The notes: a model not told the origin generated them from the letters alone. DNA of 64,000 nucleotides from Takakia lepidozioides (GCA_030704615.1 CM060734.1:56172001-56236000); one strand, 5' to 3'. Positions 39,040 to 51,967 are shown, counted from the stretch's first letter. A program made the numbers and translations.

Positions 39040-39930
39040 CTCCCTCCGTCCCTCCCTCCATCTCTCTCCCTCTCTCTCTCTCTCTCCCCTTCTCTCTCAC
39101 TCTTTGGCAGACAAGACAAAAAGCGAGGCCTAACCACAGTGCAGTCTACGGATCCTAGACTGCTCGGCCTATGCTTAGCCCCGATATATAGGCCCACGTA
39201 ACCCGCCTGTGATTAGGTTAAGCTCTCCCACACACGCTCGTTACTTCTCTCATTCACCCCGGGTAGTAACTTGGTTTACCTGCCTATTCGCAAGTAGCTG
39301 TGGATGGATGTGGACCTCCATTCGGTAGAAGGCATCCATCCTGGGGACTTATAAATAAATGGGATTAAAAAAGGGAGGCAATATTCAAGATATTAAGTCT
39401 GACAGCGCAGATTAAGTGCGGGGATATCTACGGCCCGGTCAAGTCGACCGTACTTTTAACCTGACACACCCCCCTAATTAACCCTCTTTAACTCTCTGCC
39501 ATGCAGCCGCCCTAACCTATCACATCCCCATGAATGCATGCGCAGCATGTCGAGTCATGCCATCATGCCATGCCTGCTCATCGCGGAGATGACATGCTTC
39601 CGTACCGTTTTTTCTACGGGCCATTAAGGCCGGGTATTTGCCGCCCGGTGGCCAAACTACGCAGAACGCGGGGAGCGTAATTAGTTCGCTAAGCCAACTC
39701 CTTTGCGATCCAAACTGCACCGTTCGCGCGCTAAGTGAAGTGATTAGCGGGCTGAGTGAAGAGATTAGCGATGTAAATGGAGTGGTTTAGTGCGGTAAGC
39801 TGCACGGCACGCCGCGCGGGCATCCGGCACAGATAGGGGACTAATCTGTAGGTAGGTAGACCAACCTAGCGTAGGCGTAGCCCTAACCCACCCACTCTCG
39901 CCCTAACCCAGCCCCGCACCTAGCCCATAA
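39040..39930 (-). promoter_or_regulatory. Putative SPL-B core promoter and start of 5' leader
   Basis: - strand TATA (cctatatatc, about 39183-39192) followed by a (GA)n tract at 39040-39100; upstream CpG-rich region with CCGTAC, CATG/RY and CCCTAACCC motifs. Confidence 0.55.
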
Positions 39931-40514
39931 CTGCCCATCATTCCGCTCCTTTCTATATTATACTCGTTCCGTCTTTTCTGTAGTTTCACTTGGTATGGAA
40001 GGAAAGACACAGCGCCGAGAGAAGGCTTACCACTTACAACTCAAGCCCCTTATTACTTAGTTGAGTGAGAGGGAAAAATACGCAGTGTTGGGAGGATCTT
40101 TGATTGGGGACCTACCTAATCTCCGCCTCATACGAATTCCAATATACCTATCCCCATTAAATCGGTAGCTCTCAAAGTTGTTTTTTTTTTAAATTAAAAA
40201 GTTTTGAAGAATTGGCCCGGTGAGTATGGAAGTGCAGGTAGTATAATCGATCAAATGTCCTGTTGAAGAAGATTTGTGAAGTAACTGCCGGATATTTCAT
40301 GAGATCCGTAGGGTTTTTGAGGTTTTGCGATAGTAGGATATATCCTGACATGAATCTTGCTTGTATCCCGAATTGGAGGCTCTAAGGCCTAGTTTTCCAA
40401 AAACCCGAACTGGAGGGACAGGAGCATATGACAGAAATCAAAATATCCGCCCAACATTGAAAATGACCTCGCAATGTGGTGCATGGACAAAGTGGAGGTT
40501 GGGGGAGAAGATTA

Positions 40515-40770
40515 TAGCACATCCGACAAGGTAGCAGGATTTGAACCCCGCCGCACCTGAGTGACACTCAGTTTAGTTTTCTGCAAGGAGAAACTGTTTG
40601 CTATCTTATATATAGCTAAGTGCTGCCCAGGTGATTCTGGGTTCAAACCCTGCTACCTTTTCCCATTGGGGGCAGTCAAGAAGGATATTTTGAAAGAGGT
40701 GGCACAAGCTCAGCACTAAGTGCCACCAGGTGATTCTGGGCTCAAATCTTGCTACCTTGTTGGAATCCCC
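40515..40770. mobile_element. Three copies (one -, two +) of the tRNA-derived SINE-like head
   Basis: Repeated ...ggtgattctggg(t/c)tcaaa..tgctacctt at about 40612-40660 and 40705-40770; inverted copy at about 40515-40575. Confidence 0.55.
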
Positions 40771-40849
40771 TTCCCTTGGGCCGTGTCTCATGAGCTTTGT
40801 GCAACCCTCATGGTTAGGTTACTTTGAAGATGTTGACAATCCCTGGTAA

Positions 40850-41920
40850 GGACACACACCGCTTCAGTAGTGGTTGTGGGTTCAAACCACAAGCTGGATG
40901 TCCTAAAGGTCTCCACCTTCCACGAGAATGTCGGAGCTCTTTGGGGTCAATAATTTACGCTTGCTTCGGCAACCCATCCACTTTTTTCCTTTTGGGGCTT
41001 CCAAGGAAACACCAGCCAAAGCAACTAGGCCTACAGGGAGAAAAAAATAAACCCCCTATTGGGCCATGACAGCAAACAACAAACGGCAGAGAGAGACAGC
41101 TAGTAGGGGTTTGAGCCCCAGACCCATAGTTAAATGCACGGGTTGTGCTATTTTTATTGGCCGAAGGCAGGACTACACAAAGGGTTGTGGAATATAGCAC
41201 CCATACTCTCCATTCACAAACCCATTAGTTCAAGACTTGGGTGAAGGGAGTATTACATCCATATTTACAGATGAAATATTGAAACAACATGGAGTTCGGA
41301 TGGTCAATAGACTGTCTCCCATTTCATTGTCATATTAGACAAATGGTTGTCCAATATGACAAAGGACAACCGTTGCAAAAATTTGGCAAATCCAGGTCAT
41401 GGATTCAAAATTACAGTAGGGCAGGGCTTGCATGTACACTGCATCTGTTTTTCTGAAAGATTTTTTCTTTTCCAAAAATGAGAAGCTCTTAAATCTTATT
41501 GAAGAACATGAAAAAAAGCCTTGAGCTACGAAGACAACGGGTATATTATACCCTATGTTTGGGATAGCGAAAGACGGATAAAAAGGAAAAAGCATGTAAG
41601 GAAAAAGAAGAAGCAGAACATACAAACATACGTAACGCTTGTTCCATGCCACAATGATGTTAATCATTATATTCGATAGCGGCGCCATGAAGAACCATTT
41701 TGACAAAGGCGATGACAATTGTAATTTCCTCCCATTTCACTCTCTTACCCACAAACAACCGGCATGTAGCCCAGTCGAAATGGACACATACCATGTTGGA
41801 TGTGGTTGTGGGTTCAAACTACGGTTTGGTGTGTCATGAAGGTGTCCACCTTTCAGTTCGAAGGCAGTAGCCCTTGTGGTGAAGAAACGCCATAATTTAC
41901 GCTCCCTTGGCGAGGCGTCT
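40850..41920 (+). repeat. Two diverged copies of a ~130-bp repeat with a B-box-like GGTTCAAAC
   Basis: ggacaca..tggttgtgggttcaaac..aaggt.tccacctt..ataatttacgct at about 40850-40970 and 41780-41910. Confidence 0.6.
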
Positions 41921-44900
41921 ATATTTTTATTTTATTTTCTTAGCCATAAATAATTTATTTATTTCAGTAATTAAAAATTACATTTTATTTTATTTTTTAA
42001 TTATAAAATATTGAACGGGATGCCCAGCATTATTAAAAAATAAAACCCTCAGGGGCAATAGACCAGATAGACACACTGAACCGGTGAGGGGTAAAACCCC
42101 TAGAGACAGGCTCTAAAGAAGGAATGATCACAAGAGTTGCGAGGAACAAGACAGGTCCCAGAAGGCCCAAGCGAAAACAAAGGAAAGAGTAGGAACAACC
42201 TCAATGAAGGTTCCCACGGAAATCGGATCCCGCAAGTAGCAGCCACCAACAGGAAAGGCCCCCCATGATATTTACAAGTATGAAAAATATCTTTACCATG
42301 CCATGGGAACGTGCGGATTCCGGTTTGGTTCCCAGAGTTGAAGGAGGTATATAAATGAACAGAGTGGATGATAACAAGGAGGTTACGAATGAAAGATATG
42401 GATGATAGCAGCGCGCATCATGATTGTAGAATGGTCAACTCACAGGAACGGTTTCCCACGCACCGCTGGATGGACTCCACTTGTCCGGAGCGATTTCCCG
42501 CCCTACAGCAACGCGATGCTTCGCACGCGTGAGAAGAGCTCCATCATCATCATGCGCCTCATGCCATACAACCCAGCAGTAAGTTACTAGTGAATAGTAA
42601 GTTACTAGTGCGTTAGTGAGGCTGCCGACAGTGACCAACTAGATCATGCGCGGATGGATGAATGAAGTCTAAGGCCAACGTTCGTCGTGCTCTCGCGGGC
42701 TCGCAATCCCACACACTATGCAATGCGAAATGATGGATGAATGTGGATGCTTGAATGAACGATGCGGATGGATAGAGGCGGAGGGGATAAAGGGCGGGCC
42801 TAGTCTACGGGGGGGGCATGTGAGGCGACGGCTAACGGCTGCGTGTCAGAGGCCATGTGCGAGGGCCATGATGGCATGGCAGCCATGACATCATCCAGAT
42901 AGCACGGCCGCGCCATCATGCCATCACCATGGCAGCATGTGCGTCACCATCTACGGATGGCATGGCTGTGGGGCAGGCGTGGGCCTGCCCGCGCTGGAGC
43001 TGCCCGTCGTCTCGCACCTCACGCCCACGCCCTCTCTCTCTCCCGCTGTTTGCTGTTTGCTCACCTCCCTTTCCACTCCCAGTTTCGCTCTCACGGCTGC
43101 GGAAGATTGCTCACCGTTTTTTGAGCAACCCCTCGTTAGAACTGTGTTTTGACTAAGCACGGTACTGGTTTTTAGGGCACGCACTTTTCAAAGAGGTCAA
43201 GGAGGATTGGTGGCCGGTTGATCGATTCCCCAACTCCATACTTACGACATATTGCACCTTCTTCTCGCGCTTTTCCTGGCACTCACATGCACCCACGCTC
43301 ACTCTGTGCAAACATCCTTCTTTCTTGCCTACCGTTCTTTTGACCCAACAACTTCTGCTGACCCCACGCAATTTCTTGTAGTTGGAATGAGCGAAAAAAA
43401 ATATGTATTGAACTTCTACACGAGAATAATTCCTCATAGGAAACATGCGACTAATAATACCGACAAACTGTTGGCAACTCATTTGCCTTGGTCTTATTTT
43501 TAGGTGATACCCCCCAAGGACCACTCGCAAGTGAGGCCCCTTAATCAACCTCTTTGGGAGTAACGTCGTCACCCTAAGTGAGGTGCAAGTGCAAGGACAT
43601 GGGACACCGTCCGAAGGGGAAGTTAATAACAGACGCAACTAGGTAGAAAGATCTGAAGCCAGAATCACCTGGGTGGCACGAGGTACCCAACTGAGTTACC
43701 AACTGGTCGGAGTGAAAACCATCTCACAAATTTTGGAAGAGGCAGAAGTTTGCAGAAAGGAAAGTGGGGAGGAGACAGAAACAAAACACTATCTTGCTTT
43801 TGCTGTGTACTTGTTGTCCAGCTTCCCAACAACTTACTTACACAAAGGTGTGTCTGGTTGAAAAATCGCAAGGGTCAGAAGGATCCTTGTGTACAGCAGG
43901 CAACATATATACCCCCCTTGCGAGAGCATGTTTGGCACCGCCCCAACGCAAGTTGACAAGCGCAGACAGACACAAGGACCGAAGCAGAAGAGATGAATGA
44001 AGGGGGGGCAGGACGGGGGCAGGACGGGGGCAGCCCCTTCACTCCCCGTGTCCCTACGGGCAGAGCCCGTGAATACCAAAAGGGCAAATGGATGGATGAA
44101 GGCGGTCGGATGAATGGGTGCGTAGGGTGTACAGCGCGTCGCCGTCCGTCCGCGGGATGCCGCGCTGGTCGGATGCCAGCGCGGGTCCGACACAGATTTG
44201 ACCCGGCAGCCACCCGACCCGACCCAACCCGACCCTGCACTTTGTCCGGCGATTGCTGCCCCCCCAGAAATCCGGCATCTTGTCTTATTATGTTCCGCTT
44301 GTTTTTTGCTGTTCTCGACGTCTGAAAAAAGCGCGGCGGAATCGCAAGTTGCGATGTGTTGACCGCTGGACGGACGAACGACGGACGACGAATAATAATA
44401 GTCATGATTGATCAAATATTTGGCAGTTTGGCTATCTCGATTTGGTATCGCTTTTCTTTTATGTGTCGGCCCAAAGGTACAGCGCTGCTCTTTATATCCG
44501 AGTACCTGGGTCACTAACTGTGCCTGCAGTTAGTCGCTGTGTTTAAGGCTCCAGGTCACTAACCTAGACCCGAGCGCGGCCCACGCGGCTCCTGCGCGGC
44601 TGGTACGGCGCGGTGTAATAAAAGAGTCCTTCACGCACGCCGTCACCCGGAATCGCAAACATGGGAACGGGTTGGGAACGAGGAGCCCTTTTCCCGCTGT
44701 ATTTTGACGAAACATGTTTTGTCTTGCTATGTCGAGGCCCACTGGCTGATCAGCTTTCAAGTGTGGAGGGGATTCTGCCGAGGGCCCAATGGCTTTCTAG
44801 CAAAGTATTGGCGGAGAGTGGACCCCTTATCGAGATCCCTCCTTCTGTCATTCCTCTCTCTCTTTTGTGGGCTGGGGTGTATGATTCGTCATGTTGTGAT

Positions 44901-47900
44901 GTGGGATCCATTGTACTTCAAGGAATTGTAAAAGACGGTCCAGACAGAGTATTGAAGCAAATTATTTAGCCGTGTAGTTTCCACACTTGTCCTGACATTC
45001 TCTATTCCTACGGTGCTCAATTTTCCAGTCAGACCGTGCATCATGCTGCAATGCAGTGGTATCTTTGGAATTCTGTGTTCCCTTGTTCTGTGAATCCTCG
45101 ACGTTGTGCGATTCCCTGTTAAATTAATGCGCTACAACATCCCTCCGATAGCGAGAAGATAAACACATATGGTAGACAAGTTTTTCTGGGAATTAGGTAT
45201 GCAATATTGAATGAACTCAACACTTGTGCAGTTAATTAAAGAGGCCCAATATGCGGCAGTGTGCCTAGCAAAAATATTGACTTGAACTGGGGGCATGGCC
45301 CACTCTCACTGCAAGTAGCTTCTGTCAGTAGCTCCGGACACGGCGATACCTTCCTGGCTTCTGGGGACTGCCTCTAGACCTGTGTTGTTAAAAACTCCCA
45401 TGAGGGCATCTAACGAACCATTCACAGCTAACCATTGACAGCATTATTAGCCCAGAAAGCTGTAATCAATCATTGACCTAAGCTTCGTAGTAATCAACAA
45501 AACAAACCTCTTCAATATTTCACCAAGACCCATGATGAGAGACACAGCGTGGTTTTACCCGCCTAGTCTGGTGAACTGTTTGCAGTAGCTTAAACATGTA
45601 GACCTCCATTCCATTCCTCTGTACCAGTCTCTAGTGCAAAGCAAAACAGACAGTAGGCTATCGTGTTGGGAAGAGAAAACAGAAGTTTCAAACTTATGGT
45701 AGCCTATACGGCTGTGAGGACGCTTGCACTTGCATGGCTTGACGCATGCAACCAAATCGGAGTTGCCAATGAGCTGCCAATGCTGCCAGCCAAAGCTCCT
45801 GGCTATGGCTGCTCCCTACATTCTTGCCGGTACGTGCAACCCCTCCTTACACACTTTTTTGATAACCAAAAGTGTGCCCCCTCTCCTCCACCGTGAGCAG
45901 ATCAGGAGAGAGGGCGAGAGTACTGTGGGACCTTCGAAAAAAAAACACGGTTACACCTCTCTGATATACACCTAGACGACGGGGAAGAAGCCAAGAGGCA
46001 TTCAATGAAACTCATCCATAAATGCCCCACCTTAATGACTCTTGTCAAACCCCCCCCCCCGCCCAGGTCCATGTTAATTAACACTGCTAATCAAAATGTT
46101 GGTTCATAAATCATCACTTCTCCCTTGCTCGACCTCCACTTTTCATTCGCCCTCTTTGTAGCCATCACATCCGCAGCTCTCTCATTTGTCCTTGCAAAAC
46201 ACAGCAAAGCAACTGTCGTCGCGACATCTCCCTGCAACTAATTCCAACCCTTTCGACCACTTTCCCGCCAGGCCCATCACATTACACTTTTATGGCTTGC
46301 CGCCCAAAATTTATATCCCCCACAAGCGAAACCACTGGCCACATTATAATCAGTCTCCCGTCGCGTTCACCCTAATAATCCCCACGCATCCTTGACACCT
46401 CCATCATCACCCCTCTCTTGTCTCTTTTCCTCCCCCCCCCCCGCCACGCCTTTACCACGCAACCAACATGAGTAAAAAGCTTGCCACACACACCCACGCA
46501 GTACGCCGGGCCGCACACATGGGACGGGCCGGGCCGGGCCGTGGCACATGCCCATATCTGCGATCCGATTCTGCGCCCCTCATGTGCTTCCCCCCCGCCC
46601 GTCTCTTTCGCCCCTAACCCCACCCGTCACCCAAGCCGAGTCGGGTTAGGGTAACCCGGCACGCAGCCCGCGGGCCGCGACCGGTGGTCGCAGGCCGCAT
46701 GGAAAAGCGCGCCTTGACGCTGGCACCCGGCAGGGATCCACCGGACGGCGTCCGGCAGAGGCGGCTGGGCGTGATTCGCCGACCGCTCGACCAGGATTCG
46801 GTGCGCGGCTCGTGTCTGCGGCTGCCGCGGCCTGCCCGCCTGACAGGCGGGCAGTGATTGCGATTACGGCCCTGCTCCTAATCACTCGCACTAATTCCTG
46901 GCTAATTAACGCGCCATCAACGCTGTACTCACCCCGTCGCATCCGCGGTCATACTTGGTAACATCGCCTTTACGCCCAATCAGCCCTGCGGTAAATACGA
47001 CTAGACCCGCAGTAGTTACCGTATTCATTCTCGTGTACGTATTTTGTAGCGTTTGTCGATCCACGGAGAATATAGGTCGTAGGGCAGGGCGGGTAGGCCG
47101 TGGGGTGATCAGCGCAGGCAGCCGAGGCTTCTGCGGTCGGCCGTGCAGCTGTACGTCCGGCTACTCTACTGTACGTACCGGCGATCTGAGGCGGCCGGCC
47201 GGGCGCCCTCCAACGGTAATCTCCGAATATGCGCCCCCCCCAAGTTTGCTTCGCTGCCCTGCCCTCTTCCAACGGTCCTGCGGCCCATGCCCATCCATAC
47301 ATCTCCATCATGTGCATCATCATGTGGTCATGTATGCATTTTCATCGGAAAATATAATTGGTGCATGAGTTTGACCGTGGGTTAAAGTTGAAGCAGGGGT
47401 AATGAGTAGTGACTGGGTGGTGAAAATTATGAAGCGGTCTGTTGCATGGGCAGCTGAACGTGCATGAGTCGTAGGGTGGCGATATAATGAAAATATTCTG
47501 TTGAGGGATTCCAGTCTGCGAGGCGGGATTGGAGGGTGGAACACTGAGGGCTTCCATTTACTTTGTGGCTGTACTTACTTACCGGGACACTGTCTGGCAG
47601 CACAAAACAGGAACCGGGAGAAATGATACTGCAGATCATTGCACCTGCACTTTTACTGCTTTATTTGGAAGCAAATCCACCCCCCCCCCTTATTTCCCTA
47701 AGTTTTAAATAGACATCAATCAAATATATAACTTTATACTAAAAATTTAAAATAAATTTAATATCAAATCATGATATGATATAACCCAGTGTGGCAGTTT
47801 TTATTTTCCTCATTTTCACAATGAAACTTCCTCGTACTTACTTTTTATGATTCCATCATTCCCCTCCAACCTTATTGGCTAACAACCTAGTCTACAGTGA

Positions 47901-50727
47901 GGCATAGGGTTCACAAGAAGGACCCAAAATTCAAACACTTTTGTCAGACTTTTTTTTTCTAATAATATCAGATGTCTGTTGAATGGGTTATATTTTACTT
48001 TTTCTTCTTGTTTTCTGGAAAGGAAATCCTGGGAGGCACTATTATGTCAGCATTCCTCTTGACCCAACATATTTGATCTGCCTGACTTTGGTGGAGAGGA
48101 GTGAATGGTGCAGCACCTGAGTGAGATCCAGTAGGGGCACTGCATGCTGGTCACATCCCCAAGTTTATTTGCCATATCCAGGCCCTTTAAAAGCTGTCAT
48201 GCTCAAATAATGCTATACTATTCCACCCCAGCCTTCAGTTTGTTGACCTGCAAAAAACATTTACTTTTTTTTTTCTTACTTCATACATTGGAAAGACATT
48301 GAAGGACCAAATATACCAACCTATTTGAAAAGCAAAAATGTAAGGGGTGGAACCTGCAGTACTGGTGACCTGCTAAAAGTCTTTGCATAATAATACCTCA
48401 TTATCCACCAAGCTCCATAAATAGTAATAGTTGGCCAAACTTCCTAATGTTATTGATCACCCTGCTGGATAGTAAATGAACCTCTACATACATAGGTCAG
48501 TCTTCACGCAACCAACCTTTTTATTTATTTATTTATTTTTAAAAAGAAAAAAAGCAACCCAACTTTCCTTTAGCCAATCCTCAGAGAGGTCGGTCTCTTT
48601 GGAATCCAATGTGGAGCTTGTAATCTGAATTTTGGGATTAGAGAAGACGGATCTGCAAAGCTGATGATGGTCGGGGCTATCATAATGAAGATCATCATTA
48701 CCAAGAACTTGAGCTTAGCTGCTTTAGTCATCATGGAAAGCATACTAGTCTCTATGTATGACTACTCAATGCTTGTCACCATAATTTCGGAATTATGAGA
48801 TAAGAATCAAAATCATCAATCATAATTTAAAAAAATTTGAGGCAGAGAATCAATATCCTGAAATGGTTTTTTAAGTTATCTACCATATAATACCCCTCAA
48901 CTAACAGAATGTTCCCAAAAAACCTAACTTCATCTAAAACGAGCTCATGGGTTTCGATTGGTCATCCAATTCCCAAACATTTTAAGCACACAGTTTCATC
49001 TATCAATGTCGTGTGCCATCCACCCAACACCAAACGTTTTTAGGGCTAACCAACCCTGCTTGGTTTGCGGCCCACTTCCGACCGGGAAGCAACAGGCCGC
49101 GCCGGTAAAGCCTGCCAGTCGTCCCCCGAGCCTGCCACGTGCCAGTGTGCCACCGTACGAAAACCACGTGAACGAGAAACGTGGCGTCTCTCGGTTGCCT
49201 GCAGCCAGCCACTGCCGTACCCTGCGTTTCCGTGGGCCCACCCCCAACTTTCCCGTGATTGGCTCCCCCCTGCCCGGCCCGCTATCCGGCATGACTGGCC
49301 TGGCCGGTCACAGTCGCCGGCGTGCGGTAGGTGCGGCTGACCTCCATTTCCGGCGCCCCCATTCCTGTTGGGGCCGGTTCCGCCGCAGTTTCGCCACAAC
49401 TCACTTGTGGCTACTGCGCGGGCCCACGCTCTTTTTTTGGTCGGCAGGCGATAATGTAAAAAACGATAAAGCAGAAAAGGCGCAGATTGTCCGCAGGGCG
49501 CAGTTACAGGGAATATATACACGAAATGGTATGGAAGGGATGACGTGCAGTGGCGCTCAGATATTTGGGCAGCGCGAGTTGATTTGCGAGTAATAAAAGA
49601 GGGTAGGTACGTGGCGGGGTGAGGTCAGGGATGGTGTCACTGGGGTTGAACCGTTATGTTGTTGTTACACCGTCGTCACTGTTGATGTCGGCCGTTCGCC
49701 TTTGCTTTCCTTTTTCTAATATGCTTCATTCATCTTTTGGTAAATTTATTGATCACAATCATATCCGACACAATCGTAAAGCCTAGCAAGGATACCTCGA
49801 TCTCAGTTAGTTGCCATTTCAAAGTGTTTTAATATTCTCGTGTTGTTCGATTTCCAGTATTAAAATCCTCTAAACCCTGTCGAGCTAAAGAATCTTTGGA
49901 AAGTTCTGATGAGGCACATTTTTGTTTGTGCAGGAAAGCATCTCTCGCAGGTCTCACTCATAAATAAATTGATCTAGTCTACAAGTCAAGCAGGGGCAGC
50001 TCCACCTTTCTCGTCTCATCCCCTGCAGTTCAGCGCCTCAAAGCTGATTTTCATACATCCAGCTCGAATGTCCGCAACCAAAGGTTTGTTGGTGGAATCT
50101 TACGTCGTCAATATCAATCTATGTGATTCCTCGCATGCCATCAATCAGAATGTTGTGTGTTCCCCAACTCCGGAACAAGTTTGTAGACTCGGAGGCGAAT
50201 TTGTTTTCGGCATTGCTCACTATTTTGTCGTAACAGCACATCATCCTCATCCTCACTTTACACGCAAGAGATTTTGGCGGGGGCAAGAAGATATGGTCGT
50301 CCCTAGCCTCAAGACCCGGCCCCTAACTCCGGGAGGGAAGAGGCTTGCCAACGCACCTTCCCAAGGGGCTCATGGCCCGAGACGGAAGAGAGGGACTGAT
50401 GGTGGGCCAGAAGCAGCCGAAAGTGAAGCGAAGCGCAGCGTAGCATATCGGAATGCCATGGCCCACGCCCAGCTTTCTCATGTAATGTATGCAATCTGCT
50501 TCGGCCATGTGTTTGCACCTAGGCTTTCCTTTTTCAGTTTTTTTTCCCAATTTTCCTAAATGCTGCTCTCGCAAATCGAGTTCTTTCTAGTCGCCCAAGT
50601 CGGAGAAGAACAAGAGTGAAGATTTCAGGGCACCACAAGCAAATTACCTCCAATTCATCTACATTTTTTTATTAAAAAGAGAGATGGGTTCTTCCCCTTT
50701 CCAGAAACAAAAAGACTCACCAGTCGG

Positions 50728-50795
50728 TAAGCTCAGTTGGACAGTGCACAGTGTGTCATCCAAATGATTTTGGGTTGAAATCTTGCTAACTTGTT
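50728..50795 (+). mobile_element. Degenerate tRNA-derived SINE head
   Basis: AGCTCAGTTGG...tgattttgggttgaaatcttgct, similar to the copies at 6243 and 40705. Confidence 0.45.
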
Positions 50796-51967
50796 AGGTG
50801 TGGTATTTTCTACCCTAGGGTATTGGGTTTCAGTAAAGGATTGAATTTGTATGTAGTAAGAGAGAAATGGTGAAGTTGGTTGGATGGGGGTAGGGTGGTA
50901 GGTAGCAGCGTAGGTAGGCAGGCAACTCGTGTTTGAAGCAGAGTAATTAGGAGTGGGAAGGATAGCAAAAAAGGTGATGAGTATGTTTGATGATCATTAG
51001 ACTTGAAAAGCAGGCTACAGTGCACGCAATCATGATTGTCTCTCTGGTTTTTCTGAGTAAGAGAGGTACTGTGGAAGCAACGTCAAGCTTGGGTATATGT
51101 AGACTTTCAAATCTTTGGGGAGGTCTACCAGTTGCATTGCTTTTAAAATTTATGCATTTCCAACGGAATGTACAATAGTACCCCTATGGCATGAAGTTTT
51201 AATAATTTTTTCTTTAAAAAATAAAAGGTCAGGCCCTGTAATTCATATTAATATGAAGTTGTCTTGGAGGCATGAAGTTATACAAGTTACATTTGTTCAA
51301 GGGTAGGAGTTGGCATCTTTTATACTTTTTGAGCAGATGACAAAAGCTTGCAACAGTTTAATGTATTGTGTGCTACCACATGTTATGATATTGCCATGTA
51401 ATTTGTCACAACAACAATGATTACAGTTCCAGGAAGGCACCATTCAACACTATCACTAGTTTACATATTATTATGGATCTATGGAAGTTGATCTAAAAAT
51501 AAAATGCAAGGGTTTAGGATCTACACAAATGAAATGTAGTGGCGGCCATGAATAATGGGGGATTCCTAATCGGTCTATTTAGTCTTATATTGTGGACATC
51601 TTGAAAATTTTGCTTGTGAATTTTCTATAAAAACGTACTCACTATAAGATTGAACACAATCCAATAAGGTTAGGTTTTAAAAAAAACCAGAACTACTTTA
51701 ACTTCATTGATAGTCGAATGAAACAACAGATTTGATCGATAATTTATACTATCATTTACAAATTTACTCTTTTATTATTCTTTAAACCCAATACGTATGG
51801 ATGAGTACATGACATAAGAAAATGAGGTCAATGTTTCTCAAATCGATAAATTTGTTTGGGAAATAATATTGTTTGCTTTGCACTCATTGCTATATTCTCT
51901 CAACCAGTAATAAATTATAAAAAACCAGTATACCGACCTAGCTTCCCGGTCAGCTCCCTTCTCCAAA

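Noticed and set aside
47634-47653. TTGCACCTGCACTTT, a 15-nt match to miR530
   Set aside because: No complementary arm nearby, the 5' end mismatches, and no transcript is evident; probably chance.
43834-49593. Numerous overlapping 70-226 aa ORFs in the GC islands (also at 4.9-6.3 kb and 23.5-24.2 kb)
   Set aside because: Expected from high GC content; no domains or splice structure.
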